In this document: piece by piece, positions 1-10,698 of the stretch
How the letters are laid out: each line of letters opens with the position of its first letter
Position numbering within the stretch: position 1 is the stretch's first letter
NCBI GenBank assembly: GCA_963707025.1
Contig: CAVPOM010000013.1
Span: 32,001-96,000 of the forward strand
Direction: 5' to 3'
Length of the DNA stretch: 64,000 nucleotides
From: an uncultured Verrucomicrobiae bacterium
GTDB lineage: Bacteria > Verrucomicrobiota > Verrucomicrobiia > Limisphaerales > Palsa-1400
Made by a program: the position numbers and the translations under genes
The notes under the pieces: model-generated
Seen by the model: only the letters and a program-made list of their open reading frames with translations
What the model was told of the DNA's origin: nothing
The model's database searches: none

Positions 1-3000
1 GGGGCGGGCAGCAGCGTCACAGTGAGCAACCTGCTGCCGGGCGCGACTTACTACGCGGGCGTGTTTTCTTATGCGGGATCGGGGACTACTACCCGCTACA
101 GCCATACTCCCGCCACGGCATCGCTGGCGATTCCGGCCCGGGGGATTTCGGGCGCGGTGGTTTTAAACCAAACCAATGTTTTTATCAACTTTACCGCCAA
201 TCCCGGAGAGTGGTATTGGCTGCAGTATTCCGACACGATCGGCCCGGCGAACTGGCAGAACGTGGGCCTGCTTCCCACCATTGCCACCAATCTGATCATG
301 ACCCTGGAGCACCTGGGCGGGGCGGGCGCCAGCCAGCGGTTTTACCGGCTGGCGCAGTTGGACCCGGAATTCGGCGTGCAAACTGGCAATGGCACCATCA
401 CCAGCCTGGTGCGAAACGACGACGCCACCAACACGCAATACTTGTCGGGCGCGCTCGGGGCGGTGACTGTGCGGTACGGGGTCAACGGCACGACCTGGTA
501 CACGGCCAACACCTCGCCATTGAGCGGCGCGACGGCGACTTATTCCACCAGCCCGGACGGAACGGTGCGGAGGGCCAATTATCAAATGACGGCCGGCTTG
601 AGCAGCCCGCTGGTGATGGAATCGGATTTCGCCATGCAGCAGGCTTATTTGACCTGGACGCTGGGCTTGACGAACCTTGGCGCCAGCCCGGTGATTGTCG
701 GGGATATGGCGGTGCAATTCCCGATGAACACGGCCACTCCTCAATACACCAGCAGCGTGTTCAAACACAGTGTCGTCTCCGGTTCCGGGTCCTTCATTTT
801 CTGGATGCGCAACAACAGCGTGGGGCCTTATCTCCTTATGACGCCGGACGCGCAAACGCGGTTTGAATTCTGGGACGACCTGGGCAACGGCGGCGCCTAC
901 GAGGCTTATATTCATTCCGCCGTGACCGGTCCGCAGGCCGGGGCACAATATCCCACGGTGACCAACAGCAATGCCCGTTGGCGGCTGCCCAACACGAGCC
1001 TGACGCTGGCGCCCGGAGCTTCCACCAACTACACGCTCAAATTCCAGTGGGTCAACGATTACAACGGGGTGCGCCAGGCCTTGGTCGCCGCGGGCAAGGT
1101 GGACGTGCATGTCGTGCCGGGGATGACCGTGCCGACCAACCTGTTTGCGGAAATAGCGTTGAACACGACGCAGCCAATCACCTCCATCACGGCGGAATTT
1201 CCGGCGGCGACCCAGCTTCAATCGCTGGGAGCCGGCGGCCCTTACCAGTTGTACAAGGTGCAATTCTCCCAATTGGGGGAAAACATGCTGGCGATTAACT
1301 ATGGCGCCAACCAGACCATGTACCTGGAGTTCTGCGTCACCGAGCCCATCGAGACGCTCTTCAAGAAACGGGCGGCCTTCCTGGTCAGCCACCAACAGTG
1401 GAAGGGCGTGACCAATTGGTTCAACGGTCTTTTCGCCGACTGGAACGAGAACGACCAATTCCTCAACAGCCCCACCAATTACGACACGATTTCAGGTTTT
1501 GTGGTCTATGAATGCGCCAGCGATGACGCCGGGGAATCGCGCCCGGCCTACATGGGGGAAAAGGAGTCGGTCTATCCGGTGCAAAGCGAAGTTTCCGCGC
1601 TGGACCTTTATATCACCAATTTCGTCTGGCCGCCCGGGGCGACGGGCGGGTTGCAGCGGAAAACCAACGAAACTTACTCCTACGGCGTCTATGGCATTAA
1701 CGACTGGCACCAATTGCGCGCGGCCGGGACGCTGAGCCTGGGGCGCGCCTACGATTACCCGCATATTGTTGACATGTGGTTGGGCATGTACCGGGTGGCC
1801 AAGTACAACCCGCAAATCATCACCGCCTGGGCCGCCACCAACTATCTGGAAGCCGCCTGGGGCACCGCTCTCGCCCTCTATACCGTGGCGGGCGCGGGCA
1901 ATTCCACTCCCGGCCTGATGAGCGAGGTGGTGTACTCCGATTTGCTGGCCGCCCTGCAGACCGAAGGCATGACCAGTCAGTACAATCAATTGCTCCCCTA
2001 CTGGGAATCCAAAGTCGCCTACTACGCCACCGGCAACCCGAACCTGTTCGGCTCCGAATACGGCTTTGACTCGACCGGCTTTGAAGCGACCGGGGCCTTC
2101 GCCAAATACGCCCTGACGCACGCCGGGTCGGACGCGGCCATGGGCTCGGCCAATCCGGCCCTCTTTCTCCAGCAGACGAGCAATTTCATGTCCACGGAGG
2201 TGACGGCCAATATGTTTGACAGAGGCTTCCTCGAAACGGCCTACTATCACTACGGCAGCGACTTTCGCTCCGGCGGCAGCGACAACTTCTGCCTGTCGTA
2301 CATGACGCAAATGGGCGGGTGGGGTCTGCTGGATTACGCCTTGAACTATGCCACCAATTTCCCGGACTATCTGCGCCTGGGCTACGGTTCCTTCCTGGCC
2401 GGCTGGAGCATCATGAACACCGGCACCCCGGCCTCCGATTACGGATTCTGGTATCACGGCTTGAACAATGACGGCGCGTGCGGCGGCGGCTACGAACCCC
2501 AGGCTTATTGGGATACGTGGCTGGGCCAGCCCACCCATCGCGGCCCCTGGTATTATTCCTGCGAACAAAACCTCGGCTTCTGCGGCGCGGTGCGGGAGGC
2601 GGCGACGGTGCTGGCGGACGACCCGATTTTCGGGCGGTTTTGCTTCGGGGGCACGGTGCAGACCAACGGCAGCGCCATGGAGATTGTGCCGCTGGACGGC
2701 ATCCGCCGCCGCTTCCACGCCCTGCTCGCCGGCGGGACGCTGCATATTATGCTTGACGCCGACCGGTTCGCGGCCGGCCAGCCGCTGGCGCTGAATTCCG
2801 ATTTGTCCGGGATCACCGTGCAGATCGAGAGCGACAATCCGGGGGCGCATGTTGTGCCGCTGCATTTATCCGCCCCGGTCAGCGGGACTTACACCATCAT
2901 GGCCGACGCGGCTGTGGTCGCCTCCGGCAGCCTGACGGCCGGGCAGGATACGCTCATTCAACTGCCGGTCCAGGCCGGGGCCAACACCGCGCCGGAGACG

Positions 3001-3018
3001 TTCAGCATTTCGTATTAA
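1..3018 (+). CDS. Large secreted multidomain protein, 5'-truncated by the window: FN3-like fragment, Verrucomicrobial surface module, then DUF5695-like putative glycoside hydrolase domain
   Basis: Frame open from base 1. FN3-like LLPGATYYAGVFSY; motifs SDDAGESRPAY, GRAYDYPH, FGSEYGFDSTGFE and SYMTQMGGWGLLDY resemble DUF5695 proteins. Confidence 0.7.
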   Translation, partial: GAGSSVTVSNLLPGATYYAGVFSYAGSGTTTRYSHTPATASLAIPARGISGAVVLNQTNVFINFTANPGEWYWLQYSDTIGPANWQNVGLLPTIATNLIMTLEHLGGAGASQRFYRLAQLDPEFGVQTGNGTITSLVRNDDATNTQYLSGALGAVTVRYGVNGTTWYTANTSPLSGATATYSTSPDGTVRRANYQMTAGLSSPLVMESDFAMQQAYLTWTLGLTNLGASPVIVGDMAVQFPMNTATPQYTSSVFKHSVVSGSGSFIFWMRNNSVGPYLLMTPDAQTRFEFWDDLGNGGAYEAYIHSAVTGPQAGAQYPTVTNSNARWRLPNTSLTLAPGASTNYTLKFQWVNDYNGVRQALVAAGKVDVHVVPGMTVPTNLFAEIALNTTQPITSITAEFPAATQLQSLGAGGPYQLYKVQFSQLGENMLAINYGANQTMYLEFCVTEPIETLFKKRAAFLVSHQQWKGVTNWFNGLFADWNENDQFLNSPTNYDTISGFVVYECASDDAGESRPAYMGEKESVYPVQSEVSALDLYITNFVWPPGATGGLQRKTNETYSYGVYGINDWHQLRAAGTLSLGRAYDYPHIVDMWLGMYRVAKYNPQIITAWAATNYLEAAWGTALALYTVAGAGNSTPGLMSEVVYSDLLAALQTEGMTSQYNQLLPYWESKVAYYATGNPNLFGSEYGFDSTGFEATGAFAKYALTHAGSDAAMGSANPALFLQQTSNFMSTEVTANMFDRGFLETAYYHYGSDFRSGGSDNFCLSYMTQMGGWGLLDYALNYATNFPDYLRLGYGSFLAGWSIMNTGTPASDYGFWYHGLNNDGACGGGYEPQAYWDTWLGQPTHRGPWYYSCEQNLGFCGAVREAATVLADDPIFGRFCFGGTVQTNGSAMEIVPLDGIRRRFHALLAGGTLHIMLDADRFAAGQPLALNSDLSGITVQIESDNPGAHVVPLHLSAPVSGTYTIMADAAVVASGSLTAGQDTLIQLPVQAGANTAPETFSISY

Positions 3019-3451
3019 CAGCGCAGAGGCGGATTAACTTGGGTTCGAACGTCGAGATCTTGGTGGGGTCCCGGCCCGCCGGGGCTGCCCGCCGTCGGGT
3101 GTTGGCAGAGAATCCACGCCGCACAAGCGTCAGGCGGCGGGCATGCGCCGTGGCCAAGGCTATGGCGCGGATGGAGGACTGCCCGCCCCGCCACGCCTGA
3201 CTGAGGCATGGCCTCTTGAATTTATTTCCATTGTCCAACTGCAAGGAGGCCGCGCCTGACGGCGCTGAAGGCAACCGCCTTGATGGTTCGACCGGCTCTC
3301 CGCCCCGGCATGAGGCGTTCTTAATGTTCCACTTGATTTTGCTTATGCGTGGATTATGAGTAGGGATGTAGTCCGTTGAGCCGTCAAGTTGTCCGGCGAC
3401 GAGATTTCAAGTTTAAAGCGCGCAGAGAACCAACCCAGAAAGGACCCGACG

Positions 3452-6400
3452 ATGAAAATCAAACTGTTTGTACTTTTGACCACCCTGGCGGCAGGGCTGG
3501 CCGTGCCGCCCCGGGCCGCTGCCCAAGGGACGGCGTTCACTTATCAGGGCCGGCTCAATGACAGCGGTGCGCCCGGCCAATGGCAGCTACGACGTGCAAT
3601 TCATGCTCTACGATGCCAGCCTCGGCGGCAGCCAGGCCGGGCCGATTCTGACCAATGGCGCGACGGCGGTGAGCAACGGTTTGTTCACGGTGACGCTGGA
3701 TTTCGGGGCGGGCGTGTTCACGGGGAGCAATTACTGGCTGGATATTTCCGTGCGGACCAATGGCGGGGGCGCGTTCACCGAGTTGAGTCCGCGCCAGGAA
3801 TTGACGCCCGTGCCCTACGCCATCTTTGCCAACACCTCCAGCAACCTGTCCGGCACGGTGAGCGTGGCGCAGTTGAACGGCACGCTGACCAATGGCCAAC
3901 TGGCCCACTCGGCCGTCACGGTGGATGCCGGTCCGGGTTTGAGCGGCGGCGGCAAGGTGACGTTGGGGAACACGATAACGCTGACCAACGCCGGAGTGCT
4001 CTGGGTCACCGGCAACGCGGACATCACCGCCGTGCCGGTGGCCGGGGCGGTGACGCTGGGCGACACGGGCACCGACACCGACACGCCCGGCACCCTGGTC
4101 AAGCGCGACAGCAGCGGGAACTTTTCCGCCGCGACCATCACGCTCGATGGCAACTTGAACTTGCCGGTCACCACGGCCACCGCCGGCATCATTTATTCCG
4201 GGGGCAGCACCCTGATTCATTCCGACGGGTCGGCGAACTTTTTTGCCGGCGCCGGCGCGGGGAATCTGACGATGGGCGGGTACGAGAACACGGGCAATGG
4301 CTATGGGGCGCTGACGGCCAACACGAGCGGCGTGGCCAACACGGCCAGCGGCTTCGAGGCGCTTTCCTTCAACACGCTCGGCTTCTACAACACGGCTGAT
4401 GGCGCGGCTGCGCTTTACTTCAACACGAGTGGCGCCTACAACACGGCCGAAGGCTATCAAGCGCTTTATTCCAACACGAACGGTAACAATAACACCGCCA
4501 ATGGTGCGTTTGCGCTTGATATGAGCACAACCGGCAACTACGACACGGCGAACGGCGCGTTTTCACTTTCCTCCAACACGAACGGCTCCTACAACACGGC
4601 TGACGGCGCCTATGCGCTTAACGCCAACACGAGCGGTTCGGACAATACGGCCATCGGTTTTTCCGCGCTCCTCGACAACACCGACGGCTACGATAACACG
4701 GCCATCGGTTTTTACGCGCTTTATCGGACCCAGGGCTCCTTCAACACCGCCGCTGGCTCTGACGCACTTGGAAACAACACGAGCGGCTACGACAACACTG
4801 CGGTTGGCTCTGCCGCACTTGTAAACAACACCAACGGCGTGCAGAACACGGCCGTCGGCTCCACGGCGCTCAACCAAAACACGAGCGGTTACGGCAACAC
4901 CGCCAACGGCTTCCAGGCCCTTTACGGCAACACGAGCGGCGACTACAACACGGCCATGGGCCATAATGCGCTGTTCTCCAGCATGACCGGCATCCAGAAC
5001 ACGGCCATCGGCGTCCAGGCACTGGACTTCCTCACAAACGGTTCCTACAACACGGCCATCGGCTATAACGCGCTCGAGCTTCTAACCAGCGGCGATTTGA
5101 ACATTGCGCTGGGCTGGCTGGCCGGCCAAAGCGTCACCGCGGGCACAAACAACATCGAAATCGGCAACTATGGCAGCTCGTCGGACAACAACGTCATCCG
5201 GATCGGCAGCGACCAGAGCGCCGCCTATATCGCGGGAGTTATCAACGGCAACGGTGGGGGGTTGACCGCTCTCAACGCCTCGGCATTGTCCAACGGCGTG
5301 GTTCCGCTGGGGCAATTGCCGGGCGCGGTGGTGACGAACACCGAAACGGGTGTGACCTTAAGCGGCACATTCAACGGCAACGGCACGGGCTTGACCAATC
5401 TCAACGCCGCGCAATTGTCCAGCGGCCTGGTTCCGCTGGCGCGATTGCCGGGCGCAGTGGTGACGAACACCGAAACGGGTGTCACCTTAAGCGGCACGTT
5501 CAACGGCAACGGCACGGGCTTGACCAACCTCAATGTCACTGCCGCGCAATTGATCGGCACGGTGGCCAACAACCAATTGGCCAATAGTTCCATTACCGTC
5601 AACGCCGGCGCTGGCTTGAGCGGTGGTGGAGTCGTGGCCTTGGGGGGAACGACGACGCTGACCATTCCATCCGGCGGTGTCGCGAATTCCATGCTCGCCA
5701 ACCCTGCGATTACGATCAGCGCGGGCACGGGCCTGAGCGGCGGCGGCGCGGTCGCTCTGGGCGGGACGACCACGCTGAACAATGCCGGGGTCACTTCCCT
5801 GACTGGCGGCGGCGGGGTGACGGTTTCGGCTTCGAGCGGTTCGGTGACGCTGGGCAGCACGGCCGCCAGCGCCGACACGGCCAACGCCATCGTCAGCCGC
5901 GACGGCAGCGGGAGTTTCTCCGCCGGAAGCATCACCCTTGCCGGCACACTAACCCTGCCGGCAGCCCCGGTCACCATCTACTCCGGCGGTGTCGGGCTGG
6001 TGGATGCCGATGGCAGCGACAATTTCTTTGCCGGTCTGGGCGCAGGACCAGCCGTTAACGGCGGCGAAGATACGGGTGTCGGTTATGATGCGCTCAACCA
6101 ATCCACCGGCGTTCACAATTCAGGCATTGGCTATCAGGCGCTTTTTTCCAACAGTGGCGGCTCCTACAATGTGGCTGCTGGCAGCGAGGCGCTTTACTTA
6201 AACAATAACGGTAGCAACAATGTCGCGCTGGGTTATGAGGCCGGCTATAACATCACCTTCGGCAGCTCCAACATTGACATCGGCAACCTGGGCGTCGGTG
6301 GCGATGCCAATATCATCCGCATCGGCAGCGGGCAGACCAAGACCTTCATCGCCGGCATCTACGGACAAACCGTGAGCGGATCGGCGGTGACAGTGGACTC

Positions 6401-6821
6401 CTCCGGCAGGCTCGGCGTGGCCCCCTCGTCCCGGCGTTTCAAGCAGGACATTCAGAGCATGGAGGAGGCGAGCCGCGTGCTGCTGTCGCTCCGGCCCGTG
6501 ACCTTCAAATACAAACCGGGAATTGATCCCAAAGGCATGCCGCAATTCGGCCTGGTCGCCGAGGAGGTGGCCCAAGTGGACCCCGATTTGGTGGTGCGGG
6601 ACGAAAAGGGCCAGATTTTCACCGTCCGCTACGAAGCCGTAAACGCCATGCTCCTGAATGAATTCCTCAAGGAGCACAGCAGGGTCGAGGAACAGAACCG
6701 CAAGGTGGAGGAGCAGAACCGCAAGGTGGAGGAACAAAGCGCGGAGATTCAGCAGTTGAGTCAAAGCGTGCAGGAATTGAAGGCGATGGTGGCGCGGCTG
6801 GCGCAATCCCAAACGAAGTAA
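3452..6821 (+). CDS. Secreted fibre/adhesin-like protein with 17-aa NTAxGxxAL repeats and C-terminal peptidase S74 intramolecular chaperone; +1 frameshift at ~3572-3574
   Basis: Signal peptide MKIKLFVLLTTLAAGLA at 3452 matches the paralog at 6863. Extra C relative to the paralog (gcgcccggcc vs gcgccggcc). C-terminal SSRRFKQDI...LRPVTFKYK...FGLVAEEV...VRYEAVNAMLLNEF followed by coiled coil. Confidence 0.8.
5301..5535 (+). repeat. Near-tandem 129-bp (43-aa) intragenic duplication
   Basis: VPLxxLPGAVVTNTETGVTLSGTFNGNGTGLTNLN occurs twice, starting at 5301 and 5430. Confidence 0.85.
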
Positions 6822-6862
6822 TTTTTTCCAGCAAATTCACCAAACACAAAAAGGACTCGACC

Positions 6863-9067
6863 ATGAAAATCAAACTGTTTTTACTATTGACCACGCTGGC
6901 GGCCGGTCTGGCCGTCCCGCATCGGGCCGCTGCCCAGGGCACGGCCTTTACTTATCAAAGCCGGCTCAATGACGGCGGCGCGCCGGCCAATGGCAGCTAC
7001 GACCTGCAATTCATGCTCTACGATGCCAGTGCCGGCGGCAGCCAGGCCGGGCCGGCTCTGACCAATAGCGCGACGGCGGTGAGCAATGGCTTGTTCACGG
7101 TGACGCTGGATTTCGGGGCGGGCGTGTTCACCGGCACCAATTACTGGCTGGATGTTTCCGTGCGCACCAACGGCGCGAGTGCGTTCACCGAATTGAGTCC
7201 GCGCCAGGAATTGACGCCCGTGCCCTACGCCATCTTTGCCAACACCTCCAGCAACCTGTCCGGCACGGTGAGCGTGGCCCAGTTGAACGGCACGCTGACC
7301 AATGGCCAACTGGCCCACTCGGCCGTCACGGTGGATGCCGGTCCGGGTTTGAGCGGTGGCGGCAGGGTGACTTTGGGGAACACGATAACGCTGACCAATA
7401 CCGGGGTGCTCTCGGTCACCGGCAACGCGGACATCACCGCCATGACGGTGGGCGGTGCGGTGACGCTGGGCAGCACGGCCACCAGCGCCGACACCGCCAA
7501 CGCCATCGTCAGTCGCGACGGCAGCGGAAACTTTTCCGCCGCGACCATCTCGCTCGACGGCAACTTGAACCTGCCGGCCACGTCGGCGACCACCGGCATC
7601 ATTTATTCCGGGGGCGCCCCGCTGATTCATGCCTATGGTTCGCAAAACTTCTTCGCTGGTCCGGGCGCGGGGAATCTGACGATGAGCGGTCACGCGAACA
7701 CGGCCAATGGCTATGTGGCGCTGATCGCCGACACGGGCGGCTCCGACAACACCGCCGATGGCGCGTTTGCGCTATTCAAGAATACGGCCGGTTCCTATAA
7801 CACGGCCAATGGCGCTTATGCACTTTACTCCAACACGAACGGCAGCTACAACGCGGCCAGCGGCTATCAGGCGCTTTTCTTGAACACGGGCGGCTCCGCC
7901 AACACGGCCAATGGCTACGCTGCACTGGATTCCAACACGACCGGCAACAACAACTCGGCCAATGGCGCTTATGCGCTGGCCTCCAACACAAACGGCTCCG
8001 GCAACACGGCCAATGGCTACGCTGCACTGGATTCCAACACGACCGGCAACAACAACTCGGCCAATGGCGCTTATGCGCTGGCCTCCAACACAAACGGCTC
8101 CGGCAACACGGCCAACGGTTATCACGCACTTTACTTGAACACAAGCGGCAGCGATAACGTGGCCAACGGCAGGGCTGCGTTATACAACAACACGATCGGC
8201 TCCTTCAACACGGCGTGTGGCGTCCAGGCGCTTAACTTCAACACCAATGGCATCTACAACACGGCGGACGGCTACCAGGCGCTGTTTTCGAATACTGGCG
8301 GCGATGCTTTGTTCGAGTTGGGCTCTTTAAACACGGCTGTTGGCAACCAGGCGCTTTTTTCCAACACGATGGGCCAAGGGAACACGGCGGTTGGCTACCA
8401 GGCGCTGTTTTCAAACATGGGCGCCTATTTTCTCGGCTACAACAACACTGCCGTTGGCGAATCGGCGCTCTATAACAACACCAGCGGCGCGGATAACACC
8501 GCGCTGGGTGCTGCTGCCGGCGCTAACATCACCGGCAATTTCAACATTGACATTTCCAACGTAGGCACCACCAACGACAATGGCGTTATCCGCATCGGCG
8601 AGCAGGGAACGCAGACCACGGCCTACATCGCCGGCATTTGGAACGTCACCCTGCCCGGCGCGGAAGGGACCCCCGTCTATATTGACGGCAGCGGCCAGCT
8701 CGGCACGGCCACGTCGTCAAAACGGTTCAAGGAGGACATCCAAACCATGGCCGGGGTGAGCGAGGCGATTTATGGCTTGCGGCCGGTGACGTTCAAATAC
8801 AAAGCGGCGATTGATCCCAAAGGCGGGCCGGAATTTGGACTGATCGCCGAGGAGGTGGCCCAGGTGGACCCGAACCTGGTCGTGCGCGACCGGCAAGGGG
8901 AGATTTATACCGTCCGCTACGAAGCTGTCAACGCCATGATGCTGAACGAATTCCTGAAGGAACATCGCAAGGTGGAGGAACAAAGCGCGGAGATTCAGCA
9001 GTTGAGTCAAAGCGTGCAGGAATTGAAGGCGATGGTGGCACGGCTGGCGCAAGGTCAAACGAAGTGA
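6863..9067 (+). CDS. Secreted fibre/adhesin-like protein with S74 chaperone domain, paralog of the upstream gene
   Basis: Intact 734-aa ORF with signal peptide, AGGA RBS, NTANG repeats and SSKRFKEDI...LRPVTFKYK...VRYEAVNAM. Confidence 0.88.
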   Translation: MKIKLFLLLTTLAAGLAVPHRAAAQGTAFTYQSRLNDGGAPANGSYDLQFMLYDASAGGSQAGPALTNSATAVSNGLFTVTLDFGAGVFTGTNYWLDVSVRTNGASAFTELSPRQELTPVPYAIFANTSSNLSGTVSVAQLNGTLTNGQLAHSAVTVDAGPGLSGGGRVTLGNTITLTNTGVLSVTGNADITAMTVGGAVTLGSTATSADTANAIVSRDGSGNFSAATISLDGNLNLPATSATTGIIYSGGAPLIHAYGSQNFFAGPGAGNLTMSGHANTANGYVALIADTGGSDNTADGAFALFKNTAGSYNTANGAYALYSNTNGSYNAASGYQALFLNTGGSANTANGYAALDSNTTGNNNSANGAYALASNTNGSGNTANGYAALDSNTTGNNNSANGAYALASNTNGSGNTANGYHALYLNTSGSDNVANGRAALYNNTIGSFNTACGVQALNFNTNGIYNTADGYQALFSNTGGDALFELGSLNTAVGNQALFSNTMGQGNTAVGYQALFSNMGAYFLGYNNTAVGESALYNNTSGADNTALGAAAGANITGNFNIDISNVGTTNDNGVIRIGEQGTQTTAYIAGIWNVTLPGAEGTPVYIDGSGQLGTATSSKRFKEDIQTMAGVSEAIYGLRPVTFKYKAAIDPKGGPEFGLIAEEVAQVDPNLVVRDRQGEIYTVRYEAVNAMMLNEFLKEHRKVEEQSAEIQQLSQSVQELKAMVARLAQGQTK
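7901..8104 (+). repeat. Exact 102-bp tandem duplication (2 x 34 aa)
   Basis: 7901-8002 is repeated at 8003-8104 (NTANGYAALDSNTTGNNNSANGAYALASNTNGSG). Confidence 0.9.
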
Positions 9068-9318
9068 TGGGGGCAGACAGAATTAACCCAGCACAAAGAG
9101 GACTGAACCATGAAAATGCATGAGTATGAGCACAAGTTTTCCAACCAGCACATTTCCCATGACCAAACCGGGGCGGCGCTCCGTTGTGCCGCGCCACCGC
9201 CGGTGAAAAGTTAGGGGTGACCCCTCATCTCCTCATGCCTATAAATAGGATGTCCCCGAACTTGCGCCGTATCTGCGCGCCGCCAACCCATAACCCCCGC
9301 CCCCGCCACGCCACCAAT

Positions 9319-10446
9319 ATGAATGTGCATCTGCCGCTCTCCCTGGCCCTCGCCGCTGTCACCGGCATTTCGATTTTGCGCGCCCGCGGCCAGAGCGCGC
9401 TGCCTGCGGACACCCGGCAGGCCCTGGAAGTTCTGCGCGCGAAATACAACCTTCCCGCGCTCGCGGTGGTCGTGGTGAAGGACGGGAAAATTTGCGACCG
9501 CGCCGCCGTGGGCATCCGCAAGCAGGGCGATCCCACACCCGTGACGATCAACGACCAGTTCCACATCGGTTCCTGCACCAAGTCCATGACGGCCACCCTC
9601 GCCGCCATGTTCATCGAGGAAGGCAAGCTGCATTGGAACACGACCATCGCCGAAGTGTTCCCCGAATGGAAAGGCAGGATGCACCAGCAATACGAGGGCG
9701 TGACGGTCGAACAACTGCTGACCCATCGCGGCGGCGTTCCGACGGAAGCGCCGCCCGCCGCGTGGTCCCGCGCTTGGGAGCAGCACGGCACGCCGGCCGA
9801 GCAACGCCGTGAATTCATCCAGGCCGTCCTGGAAAAACCGCCGCAAGCCGCCCCCGGCACGAAATATATATATTCCAACCAGGGCTACGCCATCGTCGGA
9901 GCGATGCTGGAAAAGCTGGCCGGCGAACCTTGGGAAGCGTTGATCACCGAGCGCCTCTTCCAACCCTTGCAGATGACGTCCGCCGGGTTCGGGCCGCCGG
10001 GTAGAATCGGCGCGGTGGACCAGCCGTGGGGACACAGCCGCAAAGGGCTGGTCACGACCCCGTCGCAGACGGACAATCCGCCGGCCATCGCGCCCGCCGG
10101 CCGCGTCCATTGTTCGCTCGAAGACTTGGCCCGCTACACCATTTTCCACATGCAGCGCGGCCAGACCGGCGGCCTTTTGAAGCCTGAATCACTCGAAATC
10201 CTCCACACCCCGCCCGCCGGCGGCGACTACGCCTGCGGTTGGAGCGTCGTGCCGCGCGGATGGGCGGGCGGCAAGGCGCTGACGCACGCCGGGTCGAACA
10301 CGATGTGGTACGTGGTGATGTGGCTCGCGCCGGAAGAGAATTTCTCGGTCGTGGTGGGGACGAACATCGGAATGGACAACACCCAAGCCGCCAAAGGCTG
10401 CGATGATGCCGCCGCCGCCATGATCCACAAGTGGCTGCCGCAATGA
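9319..10446 (+). CDS. Serine hydrolase, beta-lactamase class C / PBP-like family
   Basis: SxxK (GSCTKS), YxN (YSN), LLTHRGG and HAGSN motifs; signal-like N-terminus from ATG 9319. Confidence 0.88.
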   Translation: MNVHLPLSLALAAVTGISILRARGQSALPADTRQALEVLRAKYNLPALAVVVVKDGKICDRAAVGIRKQGDPTPVTINDQFHIGSCTKSMTATLAAMFIEEGKLHWNTTIAEVFPEWKGRMHQQYEGVTVEQLLTHRGGVPTEAPPAAWSRAWEQHGTPAEQRREFIQAVLEKPPQAAPGTKYIYSNQGYAIVGAMLEKLAGEPWEALITERLFQPLQMTSAGFGPPGRIGAVDQPWGHSRKGLVTTPSQTDNPPAIAPAGRVHCSLEDLARYTIFHMQRGQTGGLLKPESLEILHTPPAGGDYACGWSVVPRGWAGGKALTHAGSNTMWYVVMWLAPEENFSVVVGTNIGMDNTQAAKGCDDAAAAMIHKWLPQ

Positions 10447-10698
10447 CCGGGAACCAATCTCCCTATTCGGTCCAGACGGCCACGCCGGCGGAGGGCAGGA
10501 TTTTTGTGCCCACCAGAAGTTTCCCGTCGAGGGGGATCGGTTCTGTCTGGTCAATGCGTTGGGCGAGGGAATCGGCACATGACATGGTGGCAGTGCCAGG
10601 GCGGCGCTCCTTGTTCGAGCCATAGGCGCGAAGCCGCCAATCCGGACACCGTGGCAAAATCGGCTTGCTTGCGGCGGGATTTGTGAAAAGGTTGGCGC

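Noticed and set aside
3452..9067. Prophage tail-fibre region
   Set aside because: The proteins have Sec signal peptides, and no phage structural, terminase or integrase genes are nearby
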